Assembly: GCA_041661045.1 (NCBI GenBank)
Contig: JBAZVE010000001.1
Location: 450,001-482,000, forward strand
DNA from: Candidatus Saccharimonadota bacterium
GTDB lineage: Bacteria > Patescibacteriota > Gracilibacteria > UBA1369 > 2-02-FULL-48-14
Direction: 5' to 3'
DNA: 32,000 nt
Within the stretch, counting starts at the first letter, position 1. Each line of letters opens with the position of its first letter. The notes beneath the pieces were generated by a model. That model saw only the letters and a program-made list of their open reading frames with translations. It made no database searches and was not told the origin of the DNA. Positions 23,896 to 30,038 of the stretch are shown one piece after another. The position numbers were made by a program, and so were the translations under genes.

Positions 23896-23924
23896 ACTGT
23901 AGCAAAGCAAGAACTGCTATGCAA
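23896..23924 (-). promoter_or_regulatory. candidate tRNA-Asp promoter
   Basis: The minus strand reads TTGCAT (23924..23919), a 17-nt spacer, then TACAGT (23901..23896). It ends 16 nt upstream of the mature tRNA 5' end. Confidence 0.35.
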
Positions 23925-23935
23925 GCGAAAGCGGG

Positions 23936-23996
23936 GGGTGCCTCTTGCGCGGCGTTATTGCTTAGGCACTGAAGTGCCTGGGTGCCGCTTGCGCGG
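23936..23996. repeat. 17-nt direct repeat pair flanking copy 2 of the palindromic element
   Basis: gggtgccTcttgcgcgg (23936..23952) and gggtgccGcttgcgcgg (23980..23996) match at 16 of 17 positions. They bracket AGGCACtgaaGTGCCT (23964..23979). Confidence 0.8.
23944..23979. repeat. 36-nt intergenic element, copy 2
   Basis: cttgcgc ggcg ttattgcttaggcactgaagtgcct. It is identical to copy 1 at 32 of 36 positions, differing only in the N4 spacer. Confidence 0.85.
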
Positions 23997-24027
23997 GGGG
24001 CTGAGTTCGGGTAAAACAGTTTCGCTT

Positions 24028-24033
24028 TAAAAT
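24028..24033 (+). promoter_or_regulatory. candidate -10 box of the GT4 operon, leaderless geometry
   Basis: TAAAAT (24028..24033), then attccc (6 nt), then ATG (24040). The -35 region is poor (TTCGGG). Confidence 0.4.
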
Positions 24034-24039
24034 ATTCCC

Positions 24040-25158
24040 ATGCGAATCGGCATCGATGCTCGAATGTACAGCACGGAGTTTACGGGAATTGGAAGATATG
24101 TGTATGAATTGGTTAAACAGCTGAAGGAACTGGATGATAAAAACGAGTTCGTCCTTTTCATGAATTCGCCGGAATACGAAAAATTTGAGGAAACGCGCCG
24201 CGTCAAAAAAGTTCTCGTAAAAGCCAAGCATTACTCCTTGCGAGAACAGCTGGGTTATTTGTGGACGCTGAAACGCGCCAAGTTGGACTTGATGCATTTC
24301 ACTCATTTCAATGCACCGATTTTTTACCGCGCACCCAGCGTGGTGACCATTCATGACCTGACTTTGTCTTTTTTCCCGGGCAAAAAAATGAACTCAGCCT
24401 TTTACCGGGCCGCCTATAATCTTGTGCTCAAATCGGCTGTTAAAAATGCTAAAAAAGTGATTGCGGTTTCTGAGAATACCAAGGCGGATTTGATCGAAAT
24501 CGCCCACACGGCGCCCGCCAAAGTGGAAGTGATTTACGAGGGGGTTGGAGAAGAGTTTGGGCCGCGCGGCGATAAGGAATTTCAGGAGCAGATTCTTCAA
24601 AAATATGGTGTTGCGAGGGACTTTTTGCTCTACACCGGAGTTTGGCGCGGGCACAAGAATTTGGTGAATTTGATCCGGGCTTTTGCGCTGCTCCGTGAGG
24701 GGCCCGAGGCTTTTGATTTTCAATTGGTCATCACGGGTGAGGAGGATCCTTACTACCCCGAGGTGAAGCGCACCGTGAAAGAACTTGGTCTTGAACATCA
24801 CACGGTTTACACCGGCATGGTTCCCGAAAAAGAGTTGGTGGCCTTGTATCAGAGTGCAACCGCTTATGTTTTCCCTTCACTTTACGAAGGGTTTGGCCTT
24901 CCTCCGCTTGAAGCCATGCGCTGCGGAACTCCGGTGGTGGCCTCCAAAAGCTCCTGCATTCCGGAAATTTGTGGGGAAGCCAGTGCTCTCTATTTTGACC
25001 CTTACGACCCTCAAGACATCTGCAATGCCATCCAAAAACTGCTGCTCGATGAGACTCTGCAAAAAGAGTTGCGCGAATGTGGACTCAAGCACAGCCTCAA
25101 GTTCTCTTGGGAAAAGATGGCGGAAAGAACCCTGGCGGTGTACAATGAAGCCCTTTAA
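24040..25158 (+). CDS. glycosyltransferase family 4 (GT-B, RfaB/WcaL-like)
   Basis: 372 aa. Motifs: MRIGIDARMYSTEFTGIGRYVYEL and the C-terminal FPSLYEGFGLPPLEAMRCGTPVVAS (EX7E region). Confidence 0.9.
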   Translation: MRIGIDARMYSTEFTGIGRYVYELVKQLKELDDKNEFVLFMNSPEYEKFEETRRVKKVLVKAKHYSLREQLGYLWTLKRAKLDLMHFTHFNAPIFYRAPSVVTIHDLTLSFFPGKKMNSAFYRAAYNLVLKSAVKNAKKVIAVSENTKADLIEIAHTAPAKVEVIYEGVGEEFGPRGDKEFQEQILQKYGVARDFLLYTGVWRGHKNLVNLIRAFALLREGPEAFDFQLVITGEEDPYYPEVKRTVKELGLEHHTVYTGMVPEKELVALYQSATAYVFPSLYEGFGLPPLEAMRCGTPVVASKSSCIPEICGEASALYFDPYDPQDICNAIQKLLLDETLQKELRECGLKHSLKFSWEKMAERTLAVYNEAL

Positions 25159-25170
25159 TGAGGCCTCGCT

Positions 25171-25473
25171 ATGAACGACTTTGTCCACTTTTCCCAATTC
25201 GTCCCCAACGCCCTCAAAAAATATAAATTGACCCGCGAGGCCCGGGCCGGTTTGGTGTGCGCGCGCTTCCGCACCATTCTTCCCACCATTGTGGGCGACG
25301 ACTTGCCCGAAGCCGTGCATCCCAAATTTTTAAAAGCCGGCATCTTATTTGTGGCCGTCCCCAGCAGCATCTGGGCCCAACGGGTCTTTGTTCATCGTCA
25401 TGAGCTCTTGCTCAAACTCAACCTGCACCTTGGAAAGGACTGGGTTAAGGATTTAAGGACGGTGGTTGAATAG
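25171..25473 (+). CDS. DUF721 / DciA-like protein
   Basis: 100 aa with the pattern AVHPKFLKAGILFVAVPSSIWAQRVFVHRHELLLKLN typical of DUF721. This is the only start in the window with a clear GAGG about 7 nt upstream. Confidence 0.65.
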   Translation: MNDFVHFSQFVPNALKKYKLTREARAGLVCARFRTILPTIVGDDLPEAVHPKFLKAGILFVAVPSSIWAQRVFVHRHELLLKLNLHLGKDWVKDLRTVVE

Positions 25474-25475
25474 TT

Positions 25476-26387
25476 ATGACTAAGAAGAAAAAACTAGAAA
25501 CGGTTCCTCCTCCGCACGAACTCATTTTACAGGGGTTGAGGGCTTTTTGTGAGGATTTTTTATCGAGCTATCCTCTAGTTCATGACCCTTTGATGAGGAA
25601 CCTAGAGGTGATGATTGCTGGTTTAGATGAAGGTTATGATGCCGAAGACTGTTTGTCTCTTGCTGCTTCTTTTTTTAGTGAGCCTATTGTTGATGAGCTC
25701 TTGCAAGAGTCAGGCCTGACTGTAGACCTTTTTTTTATCCGTTTGGCAGGCCGGGTAGATGCTTTGCCGGCTAAATCAGTCACCCAGAGTCATCTTTCAA
25801 TTTTGGAGGTCACTCTCGGCATTCGACAGGATATTTTGAAGGAAGGGTCGGAACGCCCAGAATCTGTTGCGTTTGCTCTTGGCCGCTTGGTGGCGGACAG
25901 GCTTCGGCCTGGTTTGATGTATTTTGTGGGTACCGCTCCTGATTATCCTACGGCTATCAATCGTGCACTCTCTTTTCTTTATCTCTCTGTAAGTGGTTTT
26001 TCGGGTGGTGCCGAGGTTCAGCTTCAAGAGTGGATAAAAGGAGTTCCTTCCGATCAGGGCTTTTTGCGAAAAATTTACGGGGATTTGTTTGACCGCCTCA
26101 GAAAAGAATCGATTTGGCGTGATGAAGTAGCAAACACCCTCTCTGCCTTTCTGCCAGAAGACCAACTTCAACAAATCCGCACGGGTGTATTTTCTTGGCC
26201 GGATGAAAAAGATATGCCCTCTCAAGCGTTTTTAATCTACCGCACGCTCGTTTTATTTTGGATTCCTCAAGCCTTATTTTCCAGCGTCTTTGGCAGGCTG
26301 AACTCCGCAAGCAGCACCGATGATATCCTCCAGGTACTGGCGGACTACAAATTAGAGAACCCCGAGCCTGAAAGGCCACTGGCTTGA
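25476..26387 (+). CDS. hypothetical protein
   Basis: 303-aa ORF with no signal peptide or TM segment. AT-richer than the core genes. No family recognised. Confidence 0.6.
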   Translation: MTKKKKLETVPPPHELILQGLRAFCEDFLSSYPLVHDPLMRNLEVMIAGLDEGYDAEDCLSLAASFFSEPIVDELLQESGLTVDLFFIRLAGRVDALPAKSVTQSHLSILEVTLGIRQDILKEGSERPESVAFALGRLVADRLRPGLMYFVGTAPDYPTAINRALSFLYLSVSGFSGGAEVQLQEWIKGVPSDQGFLRKIYGDLFDRLRKESIWRDEVANTLSAFLPEDQLQQIRTGVFSWPDEKDMPSQAFLIYRTLVLFWIPQALFSSVFGRLNSASSTDDILQVLADYKLENPEPERPLA

Positions 26388-26454
26388 CCCGTCCAAATTT
26401 GTTGTAAACCATACTCTTAAGAGTGAATGGGGAGGGTTTTGGTGGTTTTGTCTA

Positions 26455-26475
26455 GGGTGTGGTGGGCGGGGAGGG
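26455..26475 (+). other. canonical G-quadruplex motif
   Basis: GGGtgtggtGGGcGGGGaGGG: four G3+ runs with loops of 6, 1 and 1 nt. It sits inside a wider G-rich tract (26429..26476), 40 nt upstream of the rpsP -35 box. Confidence 0.5.
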
Positions 26476-26515
26476 TGACTATTTGGCCTTTCCCTGCCAT
26501 TTTTCCGCTTTCTGC

Positions 26516-26543
26516 TTGACAATTCTTGCTTCGTAACTACAAT
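26516..26543 (+). promoter_or_regulatory. sigma70-type promoter of the rpsP operon
   Basis: TTGACA (26516..26521), a 16-nt spacer, then TACAAT (26538..26543). The GTG start at 26574 lies 30 nt downstream. Confidence 0.6.
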
Positions 26544-26573
26544 CGGTAGGCAATAATTTTAACCCCTGAACTT

Positions 26574-27014
26574 GTGCAGGTTATCCGTCTGACTCGAATC
26601 GGTAAGCAAAACCAAGCGGCATTCCGCATTGTATTGGCTGAAAAATCTAACGCTGTAAAAGGACTCAACCAAGAGATTCTTGGGTTCTACAACCCTGCAG
26701 AGGGGAAGAAGATCGAGTTCAATAAAGAACGGATTGAATTTTGGATTTCCAAGGGCGCTCAGCCCAGCGACTCCGTTGCGTCTCTCTTAAAGACCAATGG
26801 GATGTCCGGAATGGAAAAGTTCATGGAACTTCGTAATAAAAAGCACCGAAGCAAGAGTGCGCCCGCTGAAGTGGCTGCCCCAAAGGCCGCTCCTGAAGCC
26901 AGTGCTCCTGCGCCCGCCGCGGTTGAAGCGGCACCTGTAGCTGAAGAGCCCGCCGCTGTAGCCGAAGAGCCCGTTGTGGCCGAGGCTCCAGCCGAGGAGA
27001 CTCCTGCTGCTTAA
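26574..27014 (+). CDS. rpsP: 30S ribosomal protein S16 with an Ala/Pro/Glu-rich C-terminal extension
   Basis: GTG start. (M)QVIRLTRIGKQNQAAFRIVLAEKSNAVKGLNQEILGFYNP is canonical S16. The last ~55 aa are low-complexity (APAAVEAAPVAEEPAAVAEEPVVAEAPAEE). Confidence 0.9.
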   Translation: MQVIRLTRIGKQNQAAFRIVLAEKSNAVKGLNQEILGFYNPAEGKKIEFNKERIEFWISKGAQPSDSVASLLKTNGMSGMEKFMELRNKKHRSKSAPAEVAAPKAAPEASAPAPAAVEAAPVAEEPAAVAEEPVVAEAPAEETPAA

Positions 27015-27032
27015 TCCCTAACTCCCATTTTT

Positions 27033-27305
27033 ATGGCTTCTGACTTGCACGACAACGCTCGAGATTTTATTGAATTTGTAGTGAAAGCGATTGTGGACCA
27101 CCCCGAAGAAGTGGAGGTGACTCAAACGGTGGATGACCTTGGCGTTCTCATCACCTTGAAGGTGAATAAGGAAGATATGGGAAAGATTATTGGAAAAGCG
27201 GGCCAAACGGCAAAATCGCTCCGCGTGTTGCTCCGTATGATGGGCGCCAAGCTGGATGCGCGATACAATTTGAAAATCATTGAACCGGAAGGACAGTCCG
27301 TGTAG
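27033..27305 (+). CDS. KH-domain RNA-binding protein (YlqC/UPF0109)
   Basis: 90 aa. Motifs FIEFVVKAIVDHPEEVEV...LKVNKEDMGKIIGKAGQTAKSLRVLL. It sits in the conserved position downstream of rpsP. Confidence 0.85.
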   Translation: MASDLHDNARDFIEFVVKAIVDHPEEVEVTQTVDDLGVLITLKVNKEDMGKIIGKAGQTAKSLRVLLRMMGAKLDARYNLKIIEPEGQSV

Positions 27306-27317
27306 TATAGCTGGGCT

Positions 27318-27713
27318 ATGAATCTTTCCACACTTGTTATTGCCGCTGTTACCGAAGGGTCCGTTTTGGATGTTGCTCAGCAGTACGATGCCATTGAGGT
27401 GATCAATCGAGTTATTGCGTACGCCATTATTGTGGCGGGTTTTCTGAGCGTGGTTTTCATCTTCTTTGGCGGAATTTCCTTTATTCTTTCCGGTGGACAG
27501 GATGATAAAATCAAACAGGCCGTTTCCACGATCCGTTATGCTATTGTCGGGCTTGTGGTGACGATGTTTTCCGTGGCGATTGTTGCCATCATCGGCCGCG
27601 CCATGGGGCTGAATGTGATTCAATACATCAACCTGGGTGAGATTTTTGATCTCATCGCAAACATCACCTCTGGAGCAGATTCCGGGGGGCCCAACGGGGG
27701 GTCTTTGGACTGA
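27318..27713 (+). CDS. two-TM small membrane protein, TrbC/VirB2 (T4SS-pilin)-like
   Basis: 131 aa. INRVIAYAIIVAGFLSVVFIFFGGISFILSGGQDDKIKQAVSTIRYAIVGLVVTMFSVAIVAII follows the hairpin pattern of T4SS pilin-like proteins: helix, then SGG(D/N), then a basic loop, then a second helix. Confidence 0.55.
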   Translation: MNLSTLVIAAVTEGSVLDVAQQYDAIEVINRVIAYAIIVAGFLSVVFIFFGGISFILSGGQDDKIKQAVSTIRYAIVGLVVTMFSVAIVAIIGRAMGLNVIQYINLGEIFDLIANITSGADSGGPNGGSLD

Positions 27714-27721
27714 ACGGCTGA

Positions 27722-28177
27722 CTAAATCTTCATCAGGGCCTTGCCTTGGCTGCGGAGGTTTTCCCAATCGTAGACGAAGGCGAAGTTTTCAATGACTCGG
27801 ACGAGGGCGGCGTGAATATTCCACACCCCAAGCTTTTGAAAAAGAATGGCGTTGCCACTCTCTTCTACCGGGTTGTAATTTTCGGCATCTTTATGCAAGC
27901 CTTGAAGCATGACCGGCACAATGCCGTGATCCACGATCATGGAAAACTGGGGGGGGAGTTTTGGGCTGAGCACCACCCAAATGTGGGCTTCCTCCAGGGC
28001 CTCTTCGAGAGAAAAGACATGAGGAATGGATTTCCCTGATCCTCCCAAAATATGGAAGCGGGCGGGGAGTTCTTCCAAGCCCGGCGTTAGGCTGTCCACC
28101 AGAGCGGGGTCAGCGCCGCGCACATCGAGTACGATGTGAGGAATCCGGACCTTGAGCTTTGTGGTTGTTGATGACAT
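27722..28177 (-). CDS. glycogen-synthase/GT1-like C-terminal-domain protein (degenerate, stand-alone)
   Basis: 151 aa. EAHIWVVLSPKLPPQFSMIVDHGIVPVMLQGLHKDAENYNPVEESGNAILFQ...LVRVIENFAFVYDWENL is colinear with the C-terminal half of GlgA-type GT-B enzymes. However, the catalytic E of the R-F-E-P-C-G block is replaced (KLPPQF). Confidence 0.45.
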   Translation of the reverse strand: MSSTTTKLKVRIPHIVLDVRGADPALVDSLTPGLEELPARFHILGGSGKSIPHVFSLEEALEEAHIWVVLSPKLPPQFSMIVDHGIVPVMLQGLHKDAENYNPVEESGNAILFQKLGVWNIHAALVRVIENFAFVYDWENLRSQGKALMKI

Positions 28178-28183
28178 TAAGAC

Positions 28184-28212
28184 ATTATAGCAGATAACGG
28201 GTGGATTTAAAA
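28184..28212 (-). promoter_or_regulatory. extended -10 promoter of gene 27722..28177, leaderless geometry
   Basis: The minus strand reads TTTTAA (28212..28207), a 17-nt spacer ending in TGc, TATAAT (28189..28184), then gtctta (6 nt), then ATG (28177). Confidence 0.55.
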
Positions 28213-28233
28213 GGGCTTCTTAGCTATTCTTCT

Positions 28234-29160
28234 ATGGTGAAGAAATTCGTGATTATTGATGGGAATGCCTTGATCCACCGCTGCTACCACGCGGTTCCCC
28301 AGACTTTGCGAGCTCCATCAGGTGAGCTCACCAATGCGGTTTTTGGCTTCACCGGGATTCTTTTGGGGATTTTGGAATACGAACACCCCGATTATTTGGC
28401 CGTGGCTTGGGATATGAAGGGGCCCACCTTTCGCGATGCCCTGTTTGCGGATTACAAAGGGACGCGGGCCAAAACGGACGATGAGTTGATTGGCCAATTC
28501 CCTCGAGTGAGGCAGGTTCTGGACGCGCTTTCGGTGCCTTGTTTTGAAAAAGAGGGCTTGGAGGCGGACGACTACCTGGGAATTGTGACCACGGAACTGA
28601 GAAAAAAACATCCGGACATTGAGGTTTTGATTGTGACGGCGGATAAAGACGCCCTGCAGCTCGTGGGAGAGGGCATCACGGTGGTGGCTCCGGTGAGTGG
28701 TTACACCAAGGTGATTCGTTATGATCGAGAGGCGGTGCGGGCAAAAATGGGTGTGTGGCCGGAGCAGGTCCCGGACTTTAAGGGGCTTTCGGGCGACACC
28801 AGCGACAATATTCCCGGGGTGCCGGGAATTGGGGAAAAGACGGCGGTTAAATTGCTGGAGCAGTGGGGCAGCGTGGAGGGCATTTATGAGAATATCGAAA
28901 AAGTGGAGCCCGTACGCATTCGTGAACTGATGCGAGCGCATGAGGCGGAGGCTCATCTGTGTAAAAAACTGGCCACTATAATAAGAGAGGATGGCATTAC
29001 GGTGGATTTGCACGCGGCCAAGGTCCACAATTTAGCGGTGGAAAAGGTGCGAACGCTGTTTGCGGAACTTGGGTTCCGTGGACACTTGGGGCGAGTGGAA
29101 AAGCTCAACAAGGATTGGGAAAAATTGCGGGCCGGAGAGACTCAGACCAGTTTGTTTTAA
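28234..29160 (+). CDS. stand-alone 5'-3' exonuclease / flap endonuclease (Pol I N-terminal domain homolog)
   Basis: The internal ATG at 28234 gives MVKKFVIIDGNALIHRCYHA... with FGFTGILL, VAWDMKGPTFRDALFADYKGTR, EADDYLG, IVTADKDALQL and LSGDTSDNIPGVPGIGEKTA. No polymerase or 3'-5' exonuclease domain follows. Confidence 0.9.
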   Translation: MVKKFVIIDGNALIHRCYHAVPQTLRAPSGELTNAVFGFTGILLGILEYEHPDYLAVAWDMKGPTFRDALFADYKGTRAKTDDELIGQFPRVRQVLDALSVPCFEKEGLEADDYLGIVTTELRKKHPDIEVLIVTADKDALQLVGEGITVVAPVSGYTKVIRYDREAVRAKMGVWPEQVPDFKGLSGDTSDNIPGVPGIGEKTAVKLLEQWGSVEGIYENIEKVEPVRIRELMRAHEAEAHLCKKLATIIREDGITVDLHAAKVHNLAVEKVRTLFAELGFRGHLGRVEKLNKDWEKLRAGETQTSLF

Positions 29161-30038
29161 TCGAAATAGTCGAAGGTGAATTCTTGGAGGATTTCGCCGG
29201 CGGCGTTTTTTACAATGGCGTGGTCTTGGCCGCCTTGGTCAAAAAAGGCTTCGTCGGTGCCGTAGAGGTAGCGGTCTTCCCCTGTTTTCCCTTCATACCA
29301 TTCACGAGGGTGAGCAAAGAACGATTGCGTGAAGACTTGGCGGGCGAGCGGCGTGGCGGGGCTGCTGCACCCAAAAAGATGGGTGGTGTTTTCAAATGAG
29401 TCATGGCCGATGTCCAGGGAGGGATTGGTGTTTTTGAGGACCTCCAGACTGAGTTCCTGCTCTTCCAGCACCCGGAGCAAAAGTTCGGCGGTGGCGGGGC
29501 TGTCTATTTCCAGTGATGCGGCTTCTTCGATGCTGCGGGATTCCACAATATCCGCGGAGCGAAGGTCGTGCAGTAGGGCGATTTCTCCAGGCAGGTAATG
29601 TGAAAAGTCGATGCTAAAAACCAAGAGGGCATTGTCTTCATCGATGGCTCTTGAGAGCTCCTGGGCAAAGGCTTCAAGCGCCTCGGGCGAGCCGGGCGTT
29701 TTGAGCATCCAGCCCTCCACTTCTACGCCCGGAAACATGTCTGTGCTCCATTTTTCGTGGAGAGAATAGCCGTGCTCTTGCTCGGAAGGGCGGGCAATGG
29801 CTTCCGGTCCGGTACTAAAATGGTTGGGGCTGAGCACAATGATTTTATCGAAACTCGCTCGGTCTACGCTGGCGTAGAGCGCCAAAATCCAGTCCTCCAC
29901 CAGAGCGTGGTGAGGGAGCAGGATGATGTCGGAAACCGTGCATGAAGAAAAGCTCTCTTGGAACGAGCTCTTCTCCACGGGTTGGCAGGCGCTTAGGGCC
30001 GTGAGGGCCACTAAGCCTAGTATAAACTTCCTCCCCAT
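29157..30038 (-). CDS. Memo / AmmeMemoRadiSam-protein-B-like lipoprotein
   Basis: 293 aa with lipobox LTALSAC. The motifs LLPHHALV, IIVLSPNHFSTG, EQEHGYSL and LLVFSIDFSHYLPG are colinear with Memo / class III extradiol dioxygenase-like family blocks (PHAG, LGPSH, EHS, SSDLSHY). Confidence 0.5.
   Translation of the reverse strand: MGRKFILGLVALTALSACQPVEKSSFQESFSSCTVSDIILLPHHALVEDWILALYASVDRASFDKIIVLSPNHFSTGPEAIARPSEQEHGYSLHEKWSTDMFPGVEVEGWMLKTPGSPEALEAFAQELSRAIDEDNALLVFSIDFSHYLPGEIALLHDLRSADIVESRSIEEAASLEIDSPATAELLLRVLEEQELSLEVLKNTNPSLDIGHDSFENTTHLFGCSSPATPLARQVFTQSFFAHPREWYEGKTGEDRYLYGTDEAFFDQGGQDHAIVKNAAGEILQEFTFDYFD

Noticed and set aside
23803-24040. tRNA-Asp as an integration site for a genomic island
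   Set aside because: There is no integrase, no duplicated tRNA 3' segment, and the flanking genes on both sides are ordinary.
27018-27767. 249-aa minus-strand ORF spanning the KH gene, the pilin-like gene and the spacer between them
   Set aside because: The plus-strand KH protein is strongly recognisable and sits in conserved synteny with rpsP. The antisense product looks like translated noise. Its length alone is not evidence.
28318-29028. 236-aa minus-strand ORF inside the 5'-3' exonuclease gene
   Set aside because: It is antisense to a gene with all FEN motifs, and no features of its own were seen.
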